A DNA stretch of 64,000 bases from the NCBI GenBank assembly GCA_963668645.2, contig CAXXWC010000020.1, positions 165,586 to 229,585 of the forward strand, read 5' to 3'. Positions 1-8,275 of the stretch are shown here, one piece after another. Within the stretch, counting starts at the first letter, position 1. Every line of letters starts with the position of its first letter. Both the position numbers and the translations under genes were made by a program. Below the pieces are notes generated by a model. The model saw nothing but the letters and a program-made list of their open reading frames with translations. It was not told the origin of the DNA and did no database searches. Source of the stretch: Desulfobacterales bacterium. Lineage in GTDB: Bacteria; Desulfobacterota; Desulfobacteria; Desulfobacterales; UBA2174.

Positions 1-570
1 CTGGACATGGCGGCCATCGGCGCCGACTATCTGATCAGCAGTGCCAACAAGTGCATCCAGGGGGTGCCCGGTTTCGGCTTCGTCATCGCCCGCCGCCAGG
101 TTCTGGCGGCCACCGAGGGCCGGGCCCGCTCGCTGAGTCTCGATCTTTTCGACCAATGGCGCACCATGGAGGAAAAAGGCGGCAAGTGGCGCTTTACCTC
201 GCCCACCCACGTGGTGCGCGCCTTTGCCCAGGCCCTGGGGGAACTGGAAGCCGAAGGCGGCGTCGGGGCCCGCCATGCCCGCTACGCCGCCAATCACCAC
301 CGTTTGTTGGACGGCATGCAGCGGCTCGGTTTCGTCCCGGTGCTGGCGCCGGAACACCGCTCGCCCATCATCACCGCCTTTTACAGCCCGGACGATCCGG
401 AATATCGTTTCGAGCAGTTCTACGCCAATCTCAAGCAGCGGGGCTTTGTCATCTACCCGGGCAAGGTCACCGAGCAGGACACATTCCGCATCGGCACCAT
501 CGGAGACGTGTTTCCGGATGACATCGACCGGCTGGTCGCCGCGGTGGCCGAAAGCATTTACTGGGCCTGA
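1..570 (+). CDS. phnW: 2-aminoethylphosphonate--pyruvate transaminase (5'-partial)
   Basis: PLP lysine motif [12 protein letters not shown], plus [15 protein letters not shown] and GFVIYPGK. The frame is open from base 1. Confidence 0.92.
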   Translation: MDMAAIGADYLISSANKCIQGVPGFGFVIARRQVLAATEGRARSLSLDLFDQWRTMEEKGGKWRFTSPTHVVRAFAQALGELEAEGGVGARHARYAANHHRLLDGMQRLGFVPVLAPEHRSPIITAFYSPDDPEYRFEQFYANLKQRGFVIYPGKVTEQDTFRIGTIGDVFPDDIDRLVAAVAESIYWA

Positions 571-731
571 GATTTCCCCCGCCGTCCTTGCGGAACCAAC
601 TTCAAACCGCTCCCTAATCCCACCGCAACACCGGGCCGGCAGAGTAGTTCCGGCTCGTACAAAACCGGTTTTGCCCACAGCCGTCTGTTCCGGAAAAACC
701 CACTTTCGAACCAAAGAAAAAGGAGATCGAA

Positions 732-2327
732 ATGAAGCGCAAACATTGGCTGTCGCTGTTTGCGGCCGCCGCCATGCTGTTTTTCGCGACGGCGGCAGGC
801 GCCGGGCAACCGAAGTACGTGTTTTTCTTTCTGGGCGACGGGATGGCCAGCGCCCAGATCCAGGCCACCGAAGCCTATCTGGCGACCCGTTACGCCGTCG
901 ATGAAAACCTGCCGGTAGGGCCGAATGCCGGGGAATTGGAAGCCGCCTACCTGTTGAAGCCTGAAAACCGGCTCCACATGAGCAAGATGCCGTTTGCAGG
1001 CATGCAGACCACCTACGATTCTTTCGCCCTGCAGACCGATTCGGCCTCCTCGGCCACGGCGTTCGCCTGCGGTTTAAAGACCCGCAGCGGCGTGATCGGC
1101 ATGGACGACGCCAAAACCCGCAGCTACAAGAGCATCGCCCAGCTGGCCCACGAACAGGGCAAAAAGGTTGGCATCCTTAGCAGCGTATCTTTGGATCACG
1201 CCACCCCGGCGGCCTACTATGCCAGCGTCGCCAACCGCAACTACATGAACAACATCGCTTCCCAGTTGGCGGCCACCGGCTACGAGTTTTTCGGCGGCGG
1301 GGGCCTGGTCGCGCCGAGCGGCCCCAAGACTGGCGGCGACACGAGCTACGATATATGGCAGCTGCTCAACGACAACGGCTACACCGTGCTGGAAAATCGT
1401 GCCGATATTCTGGCCTTGAAGCAAAACCCCATAGACAAGGTGGTCTGCATCAATCCGATTCTGCCGGGCAGCTCTGCCATGCCCTATGCCATCGACAAGC
1501 CGGCCGAGAACCTTTCTCTGGCCGAGATGACCGAGGTGGCCATCGAAACCCTTTATCAGGATCGTGCGCCGTGCAGGCCTTTTCGATGGGGCAAGCCGTG
1601 CAAGCCCTGGAAAAAAGACAGGAACGGTTTTTTCATCATGGTCGAAGGCGGCAAGATCGACTGGGCCTGCCATGCCAACGACGCCATGGCTGCCATCGGC
1701 GATATGATCGATTTTGACAACGCCATCGGCAAAGCACTGGATTTCTTTAAAAAACATCCTTTTGAAACCCTGATCGTCGTCACCGGCGACCACGAGACCG
1801 GCGGCATGACCATCGGCCATGCCACCACGGGCTACAAGGCATACTACGACCGGCTCTTCGGGCAGGTGGAAAGCTTTGAGAGCTTCCAGGCCAACGAATG
1901 GGCCGCGCACAAGGCCGCCTACAGCACCGGGTATGTCTATGCCGATCCAGACAACCTGTCGGCCAACGGGATGATCGATCTGATGGCCGATTATTTCGGG
2001 CTCGATTACGCCGCGCTCAACGATTACCAGAAGGAAAAGCTCGAAGACGCCTACGACAAGTCCATGTGCGGCAGCAACGACAACAGCGGCGCCGAGAACA
2101 CCCTGCTTTACGGCAGCTACGAACCGATCATCGTGACCATCACCCACATTCTCAACGAGCAGGCCAGCCTCGGCTGGACCTCCTACTCCCACACCGGAGT
2201 GCCGGTTCCGGTATTTGCCCAGGGGATAGAAGCCAGGGCCTTCGCCGGCTTCTACGACAACACCGACATCGCTAAGAAACTGGCCCGGGTGATGGATATT
2301 CGCGAGATGATGCCGGTCCTTAAATAA
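732..2327 (+). CDS. Secreted alkaline phosphatase
   Basis: Signal peptide; motifs FLGDGM, TDSASSATA (catalytic Ser), HATPA, EGGKIDWACHAND, TGDHETGG and SHTG; RBS AAGGAG. Confidence 0.93.
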   Translation: MKRKHWLSLFAAAAMLFFATAAGAGQPKYVFFFLGDGMASAQIQATEAYLATRYAVDENLPVGPNAGELEAAYLLKPENRLHMSKMPFAGMQTTYDSFALQTDSASSATAFACGLKTRSGVIGMDDAKTRSYKSIAQLAHEQGKKVGILSSVSLDHATPAAYYASVANRNYMNNIASQLAATGYEFFGGGGLVAPSGPKTGGDTSYDIWQLLNDNGYTVLENRADILALKQNPIDKVVCINPILPGSSAMPYAIDKPAENLSLAEMTEVAIETLYQDRAPCRPFRWGKPCKPWKKDRNGFFIMVEGGKIDWACHANDAMAAIGDMIDFDNAIGKALDFFKKHPFETLIVVTGDHETGGMTIGHATTGYKAYYDRLFGQVESFESFQANEWAAHKAAYSTGYVYADPDNLSANGMIDLMADYFGLDYAALNDYQKEKLEDAYDKSMCGSNDNSGAENTLLYGSYEPIIVTITHILNEQASLGWTSYSHTGVPVPVFAQGIEARAFAGFYDNTDIAKKLARVMDIREMMPVLK

Positions 2328-2357
2328 AATCGCATCGAACACGGGACCGCCCTTTGT

Positions 2358-2391
2358 GCGGCGCCTCGCAAGCCGGGGCGCCGTTTTCTTT
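2358..2391 (+). terminator. Probable intrinsic terminator/attenuator
   Basis: CGGCGCCTCG-caagc-CGGGGCGCCG stem followed by TTTTCTTT, right after the phosphatase stop. Confidence 0.6.
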
Positions 2392-2418
2392 GTCCGTCCG
2401 GCTTGTGAGGAGCGTGAA

Positions 2419-3588
2419 ATGGCAAAGCTGCACCGGGAATGGCTTTTTGCCCTTGTGATCGGGGCCGTCTGCATCGCCCTGGCCTTCGTGGACCTTACGG
2501 CAAGCATCCCCAAGGCCCCCAGGGGCATTCACGCCCGGGGCAGGGTTACGGCGGTGGACAACAGTGAGGTGCGCACCAACCTGATCGTGCGTACCGGGAG
2601 CCAGTTTCTCACCGTGCGGCTGCTGGACGGCCCGAACCAGGGCCAGGACCTGGCGGTGGTCAACATGCTGACCGGAAAGATGGAGTTCGACGAGTTCTAC
2701 CGGGTGGGGGCCGTGGTGCTGGTGGAATACGACCTGGCCGGCGGCCAGCCGTCCAACGCCCTGGCCCGGGGCCATTACCGCCTGGGCTTGCAGTTGCTTC
2801 TCATCGGCCTGTTCAGCCTCCTGCTGGTGTCGATCGCCGGGGTGACGGGGCTCAAGGCCGCGCTGTCGTTCGTCTTTGCCGCCATGGTGCTCTGGAAGCT
2901 CTACTTTCCGCTGCTGCTGCGCGGTTTTCCCCCCATCGCCACCGGTCTGGCCCTGGTGGCCCTGCTCACGGCGGTGATCACTTTTTCGGTGGGGGGCCTC
3001 AACCGGCGCGGGACGGCCACCTTCGCCGGTTCGATGCTCGGGGTGCTGCTCACCTGCGCCCTGGCGGTGGGATTCACCCGGGCCTTTTATCTGCACGGCG
3101 CCGTGCGGCCCTTCGCCGAAACCCTGCTCTATTCGGGATACATCGATTTGCGCCTGACCGACATCTTCATCGCCAGCGTCTTCATCGCCTCTTCCGGGGC
3201 CGTGATGGATCTGGCCATGGACATTGCGGCCAGCATGGACGAAATCAAGCGCAAGCATCCCCGGATCGGATTCGTCGAACACCTGCGCTCCGGTCTGCGC
3301 GTGGGCCGGGCCGTGATCGGCACCATGACCACCACCTTGCTGCTGGCCTATTCGAGCAGCCACATGGCCATGTTCCTGCTTTTTATCGCCAAGGGATTAG
3401 CCCCGGCCAATCTGCTCAACGCGTCCTTTGTGGCCGCCGAAGTGCTCAATATCCTGGTCGGCAGTTTCGGGCTGGTCATGGTGGCGCCCTTCACTGTCCT
3501 CGTGGCAGGGGTGATCTACCGTTTCGAAGTGGTGAAACCGGCGGCACCGGCTGTTGAGCGTATCGCGGCCCGCCCGGCTCACAAGTAA
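2419..3588 (+). CDS. YibE/F family membrane protein
   Basis: Multi-TM; motifs SSGAVMDLAMDIAASM and IGTMTTTLLLAY; RBS GAGGAG before ATG 2419. Confidence 0.85.
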   Translation: MAKLHREWLFALVIGAVCIALAFVDLTASIPKAPRGIHARGRVTAVDNSEVRTNLIVRTGSQFLTVRLLDGPNQGQDLAVVNMLTGKMEFDEFYRVGAVVLVEYDLAGGQPSNALARGHYRLGLQLLLIGLFSLLLVSIAGVTGLKAALSFVFAAMVLWKLYFPLLLRGFPPIATGLALVALLTAVITFSVGGLNRRGTATFAGSMLGVLLTCALAVGFTRAFYLHGAVRPFAETLLYSGYIDLRLTDIFIASVFIASSGAVMDLAMDIAASMDEIKRKHPRIGFVEHLRSGLRVGRAVIGTMTTTLLLAYSSSHMAMFLLFIAKGLAPANLLNASFVAAEVLNILVGSFGLVMVAPFTVLVAGVIYRFEVVKPAAPAVERIAARPAHK

Positions 3589-3728
3589 ATCGCCTTGAAA
3601 AGGAAGCCTTTAAGTTCATCGAAAGTTGCCGGCCATTGATGAACGGTCCGGTGATAAACGGTCTGGACAAATCGGTGCGGGTCTGTCTAGTAGAGCCCTT
3701 CAAGGATCCAAGCAACAAGGAGTAGGCG

Positions 3729-4670
3729 ATGCTAGACGAACTGCGTGTGTTTTCGGGAAGTGCCAACCAACCTCTGGCCGCCGAGGTCTGCCGGCATCTC
3801 GGCATCGGTCTGGGCAAGCTGCAAGTATCCCGTTTTTCCAACGACAACCTTTTCGTGCAGGTGCTGGAGAACGTGCGCGAGCGGGATGTCTTCGTCTTCC
3901 AGTCGTTCACGCCGCCGGTCAGCGAGAACATCATCGAGCTGTTCATCATCATGGACGCCCTGCGCAGCGCCTCAGCCCGCCGCATCACGGCCGTGGTGCC
4001 CTACTATTCTTACGCCCGCAGCGACAAGAAGGACGCCCCGCGCATCTCCATCGCCGGGCGACTGATGGCTGATCTGCTCGGGGCCGCAGGGGCCAGCCGG
4101 GTGCTGACCCTTGATCTGCACTCGGATGCGGTGCACGGTTTTTTCAGCATGCCGGTGGACCATCTGACCGCCATTCCGCTTATCGCAGACCATTTCATTC
4201 AAACCCGGGATCTTTCCAACGCGGTGGCCGTGGCCACGGATGCCGGAGGCGGCAAACGGGTGGGCAAGTTCGCCCGGCGGCTCAAGATCCCCATGGCCAT
4301 CATCGACAAGCGCCGTCTGGGCGACACCAACGTGGAGCAGGGGCTGGTGGTGGGGTCGGTGGACGGACGCGACGCCATCGTCTTTGACGACGAGATCTCC
4401 ACGGCCTCGACCCTGGTGGCCACGGTCAAGACCCTGGCCGCCGCCGGGGCACGGCGCATCGATGTGGGCGCCACCCATCCGGTGTTCTGCGGTCCGGCCA
4501 TGGAAAACCTGGCGGCCATGGATGTCGCCTCGGTGGTGGTCACCGATACGGTCCACCTGCCCGAAGCCAAGCAGCGGCCCAACATCGTTCAGATCTCTGT
4601 CGCTCCGCTGATGGCCGAAGCTATCCGCCGCATCCATACCGGCGAGAGCGTCGGTTCGCTTTTCGTTTAA
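3729..4670 (+). CDS. prs: Ribose-phosphate pyrophosphokinase
   Basis: Motifs VFSGSAN, PYYSYARSDKK, DLHS, DKRR, DDEISTASTL and ATHPVF. Confidence 0.95.
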   Translation: MLDELRVFSGSANQPLAAEVCRHLGIGLGKLQVSRFSNDNLFVQVLENVRERDVFVFQSFTPPVSENIIELFIIMDALRSASARRITAVVPYYSYARSDKKDAPRISIAGRLMADLLGAAGASRVLTLDLHSDAVHGFFSMPVDHLTAIPLIADHFIQTRDLSNAVAVATDAGGGKRVGKFARRLKIPMAIIDKRRLGDTNVEQGLVVGSVDGRDAIVFDDEISTASTLVATVKTLAAAGARRIDVGATHPVFCGPAMENLAAMDVASVVVTDTVHLPEAKQRPNIVQISVAPLMAEAIRRIHTGESVGSLFV

Positions 4671-4694
4671 CGCTTCGTCAATGGAAGAGAAATA

Positions 4695-5231
4695 ATGGAA
4701 ATTCGTGAAGCCAGAGACACCGATTTGAGCGATGTGTTGTCGGTTGAGAAAGTGGCGTTCGGGTATGCCAAAGAGGCAGAGCTTGTAAAGGACCTGTTGA
4801 ACGATCCGAGTGCCAAGCCGCTCTATTCGCTGCTGGCCTATGAAAACGGTAAAGCGATAGGGCATGTTCTGTTCACCGCGGCACGCTTGGAAGGCAAACG
4901 CCATGGGGCTTCCATTTCGCTGTTGGCGCCGTTGGCGGTCATTCCCGACTACCAGAACCAGGGCGTCGGCGGAAAGCTCATAAGGCACGGCCTGGAACAC
5001 TTGGCAGCGACTGGTGTCGAATTGGTCTTCGTGCTGGGGCACCCTGGGTATTATCCCCGCCATGGGTTCGAGCCGGCCGGTGTGCGGGGTTTTGAAGCGC
5101 CTTATCCGATCCCGGAAGAGCACGCCGGTGCCTGGATGGTTCAAGAACTGCGCCCGGGAGTGATCGGCCGGGTATCCGGCAGGGTCCGATGCGCCGGCAT
5201 GCTGGATAAACCGGAACACTGGCGAGAATAA
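4695..5231 (+). CDS. GNAT N-acetyltransferase (YhbS-like)
   Basis: LAPLAVIPDYQNQGVGGKLI acetyl-CoA motif; VLGHPGYYPRHGF. Confidence 0.88.
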   Translation: MEIREARDTDLSDVLSVEKVAFGYAKEAELVKDLLNDPSAKPLYSLLAYENGKAIGHVLFTAARLEGKRHGASISLLAPLAVIPDYQNQGVGGKLIRHGLEHLAATGVELVFVLGHPGYYPRHGFEPAGVRGFEAPYPIPEEHAGAWMVQELRPGVIGRVSGRVRCAGMLDKPEHWRE

Positions 5232-5355
5232 GAATCTCCCGCGAACGAAATGCGCAAGACCGACCGTTGATACAGCCGTAAAAAAGCCTCGAACGCAGCC
5301 TGTTATTCCAAAGATCCGGAGACGAAAAATTTTAACATTTCGTAGCTTCGGATCA

Positions 5356-5383
5356 GAGATCCCTCACTTCGCTCGGGATGACA
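5356..5383. repeat. Single REP-like short palindrome
   Basis: GAGATCCCTCACTTCGCTCGGGATGACA folds with an ATCCC/GGGAT stem and resembles widespread TGTCATCCCGAGCG-type extragenic repeats. Only one copy is seen here. Confidence 0.45.
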
Positions 5384-5488
5384 TGGGCGGAATTTTGCCA
5401 GTTTGCCAAAGTTGAGATTCTAAAACAATGATCCACATATAGCCCATAAACCTGTTTTATGATCCATATGCGGACCAAAGGCAAGACG

Positions 5489-5827
5489 ATGCCCAAATCC
5501 ATCACACGCACCTATTCACGTTACAGCCGCGAGGCGGTGGCCCTTCTCGGCGCGCTGATCCGCGAAGCGCGCAATGAACGCAAGCTCACCGCCCAGGAAT
5601 TGGCCGAACGCGCTGGTATTTCCAGAGGGATGCTGCAACGCATCGAAAATGGCAACCTCAAGTGCGAAATCGGCGCGGTCTTTGAAGTGGCGGCCATTGT
5701 TGGCGTCAAGCTGTTTGAAGCCGATGATGGCGCTCTGACGAAATACCTCAATCAAACCAGGGAAAAGCTGGCGCTTTTGCCAAAGTCTGTGCGCAAGAAA
5801 TCCAAAGCGGTGCGCGATGACTTCTAG
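5489..5827 (+). CDS. XRE-family HTH antitoxin (HipB-like)
   Basis: HTH LTAQELAERAGISRGMLQRIENG; overlaps the hipA-like start. Confidence 0.85.
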   Translation: MPKSITRTYSRYSREAVALLGALIREARNERKLTAQELAERAGISRGMLQRIENGNLKCEIGAVFEVAAIVGVKLFEADDGALTKYLNQTREKLALLPKSVRKKSKAVRDDF

Positions 5828-6059
5828 GGCACAAAAGGAAGCCTTTGTCTGGATATGGCTGCCGGGCGAAACCGAGCCTGTGGTGGCCGGACGGCTTGAA
5901 GCGGATAGCAGCAATATCCTGTTCAACTACGGAAAAAGCTTCATGGCGCGCATCGGCGACAGCAACCCTGCCATCGCGATTTACGAACCCAAATTGGGCG
6001 AGGTGGACAAGAAGCTTCTTTGGCGAAGGCAGTTTCTGAACCCCTATTTCCTTGAGTGA
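5817..6059 (+). pseudogene. hipA: HipA toxin remnant with in-frame internal deletion
   Basis: HipA-type N-terminus (AFVWIWLPGETEPVVAGRLE...FNYGKS...IYEP) is joined directly to a HipA-type C-terminus (LGEVDKKLLWRRQFLNPY). It is 80 aa with no kinase core. Confidence 0.75.
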
Positions 6060-6277
6060 TAGGCATGATTTTTAATAGAATCTATCTTGCGGATTGACTT
6101 GCAGCAACTCCTCTGCTATGGCCGGAATGTTTGATTAAACTCAAAATGGGAGGAGCCGTGGGCGCTGTACCCGAAGACCCCAATCGCCAGAAAAACCGGC
6201 GGGTGGGGTTTTGTCGTTTTCCGGACGCGGAGAGTACCGCAGCCGATAGAGGATGTGGTGGGGATATGGAGACATAA

Positions 6278-6308
6278 TTGACAAGGTAGTCGCAATCTGC
6301 GACTACCT
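6278..6308 (+). promoter_or_regulatory. TTGACA followed by a perfect 11-bp inverted repeat (operator-like)
   Basis: TTGACA at 6278-6283, then AGGTAGTCGCA-atc-TGCGACTACCT. Confidence 0.55.
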
Positions 6309-6368
6309 CTTCAGTTGGTGAAGGGCGGCATACTGTTGATTTACTAGAAGCTTGAAGAGGCGGAAAAG

Positions 6369-6659
6369 GTGAAAAAAATTATATTCGTCGTAATAATTGA
6401 AAAAATTCATAATCAAGAGATGTATGATAGTTATATCAGACAGGTTGCCGGGATTATCCAGGCACACAATGGAGAGTACATTGCAAGGAGCAACAAGCTA
6501 ATACCATTTACTGGAGAGAAGCCGGAAAGATCCATAGTCATATCGTTTAATTCGATGGACGAAGCCAAAGGTTGCTTTTTTTCGGAAGAATATGAAAAGA
6601 TAAAACATCTGAGAGAAAACAGCACAAAATCAAGGGCTTTCTTTATTGAGAATGACTGA
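6369..6659 (+). CDS. DUF1330 family protein
   Basis: 96 aa with pattern Y..Y...V...I..HNGEYIAR...VISFNSMDEAK..F.SEEY..IK.LR; AT-rich. Confidence 0.8.
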   Translation: MKKIIFVVIIEKIHNQEMYDSYIRQVAGIIQAHNGEYIARSNKLIPFTGEKPERSIVISFNSMDEAKGCFFSEEYEKIKHLRENSTKSRAFFIEND

Positions 6660-6672
6660 GAGGCTAAAATTG

Positions 6673-6751
6673 ATACAACCAGGCGGTCAAGCGGCCATCA
6701 GGGGCTTGCGCACAGTTTCACCTGATGATGCCGCTTGCAGCTGCGTGAGAC
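6673..6751 (+). other. Degenerate integron attC-like site
   Basis: ACAAC-caggc-GGTCAAGCGGC...GCCGCTTGC-agctgc-GTGAGAC with a paired inner stem (CATCAGG/CCTGATG), just after the DUF1330 stop. Confidence 0.5.
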
Positions 6752-6794
6752 TCTTATTAAAACGATGAACATTAAATGCGTTGAGGATGAAACA

Positions 6795-7574
6795 ATGACC
6801 TATAAAGACATCCTGTTTTCGACCAAAGGCCCGATTGCCACTCTGACCTTGAACAGCCCGAAGACAATCAACGCGCTTTCCAGAAATATGATCGGAGAGA
6901 TGATCGAGGCTTTAACGGCTGTATCACGAGATGAGTCGGTTAAGGTGCTGATCATAAAAGCAGCAGGCAAGCACTTCTGCGCGGGGCACAATCTATCCGA
7001 AATGGTGGATTCAGGGGTTAAGGAATATAAATTTATCTTCGATCAGTGCACCAGGATGATGCAGTTGATTCATGAGATTCCCCAGCCTGTGATTGGCCAG
7101 GTTCAAGGGATCGCGACTGCCGCCGGATGCCAGCTTGCGGCATGGTGCGATTTGGTGATTGCCAGCGAAGATGCGAGGTTTTCAACGCCGGGGGTTAAAA
7201 TCGGACTTTTTTGTTCGACGCCCATGGTTGCCATATCGAGAGCCATCGGACGGAAAATGGCCATGGAAATGCTGGTTACCGGGCGGGATTTCCCGGCAAA
7301 GGAGGCCAAAGAACTCGGCTTGGTGAACAGAGTCGTACCGCTTGAAGATCTCGATTCCACTACTGAAGAATTAGCGAAAAAGATCTGCGAAGCCAGCCGT
7401 TTCGCCCTAAGCATCGGCAAACAAGGGTTCTATGCCCAGATTGATCAAACTGATGACAAAGCCTTTCATTATGCCAAACATACGATCGTGATGAACAATC
7501 TGGCAGAGGACGCTCAGAACGGAATCAAGGCTTTTTTGGAGAAGAAGCCATCGGTGGAATGGAAAGATCGTTAA
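6795..7574 (+). CDS. Enoyl-CoA hydratase/isomerase family protein
   Basis: Motifs HFCAGHNL, GIATAAGCQL and TPGVKIGLFCSTP; RBS GAGGA before ATG 6795. Confidence 0.9.
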   Translation: MTYKDILFSTKGPIATLTLNSPKTINALSRNMIGEMIEALTAVSRDESVKVLIIKAAGKHFCAGHNLSEMVDSGVKEYKFIFDQCTRMMQLIHEIPQPVIGQVQGIATAAGCQLAAWCDLVIASEDARFSTPGVKIGLFCSTPMVAISRAIGRKMAMEMLVTGRDFPAKEAKELGLVNRVVPLEDLDSTTEELAKKICEASRFALSIGKQGFYAQIDQTDDKAFHYAKHTIVMNNLAEDAQNGIKAFLEKKPSVEWKDR

Positions 7575-7879
7575 CTGTTATGCTTTGATTAAATTGCAAT
7601 TCGAGATCTAGTCGATTTTTAGTTCGGAGTTTCCATCTCATTGTTGAGTGATTAATTCACAACGATTGCCTTGGCAAGGGCTTACTATTTCAGTAAAACC
7701 AAAATGGGAGAAGCTGTTGTTTATCCATCTTTTCAAAGATAGATCCGTTGCCGTTTTCAGGAAATTCAGTGTTGGGAGGATCGAATTAAAGTACATATGA
7801 ACCGAAGCGGCAGTCCAATATGATTGTATGCAGATTACAGTGATCTGGACGTTTTCAAAAAGCATTCGGGAGTGTTGAG

Positions 7880-8272
7880 ATGGAAATTCTGATAAAAAGC
7901 GACGATGAACAACTAATGCAAAACATGCAGGCTGAACTAAGGGAAGTAATTGCAACTCAAGGCTTACAAGATGCACTGAAAACCGGAATAGTCACCCCGC
8001 AAGTTCCAGCGGAAAAGCACCGGGGCGATCCTATGACGGTTTTTACCGTGCTAGTGGCGGCGGTGAGCGCAGGTGGGGCGCTAACGGTGGCGTTGGGCAG
8101 AGACGGTTTTTTGACTCAACTCGCGAGAGTTTTTGGAAAGTATATCGAAACCGGAAAGGTGCGAATAGCAGTAAAAGACAGCAGTCGAGAACTGGAAATA
8201 GAAGGCAGCGCGCGGCGGATTGAAAAAGTATTGGGTGAAGTTTTAGAACATATCAAACACCAGCAGGATTAA
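7880..8272 (+). CDS. Small protein with a Gly/Ala-rich hydrophobic segment (EACC1-like)
   Basis: 130 aa; RGDP followed by VFTVLVAAVSAGGALTVALG, then a short beta region VRIAVKD..RELEIEG; ends 3 bp before the CHAT gene. Confidence 0.6.
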   Translation: MEILIKSDDEQLMQNMQAELREVIATQGLQDALKTGIVTPQVPAEKHRGDPMTVFTVLVAAVSAGGALTVALGRDGFLTQLARVFGKYIETGKVRIAVKDSSRELEIEGSARRIEKVLGEVLEHIKHQQD

Positions 8273-8275
8273 CCC

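Noticed and set aside
571..731. Riboswitch or Pho box before alkaline phosphatase
   Set aside because: Only a modest hairpin near 632-657 and no recognisable consensus.
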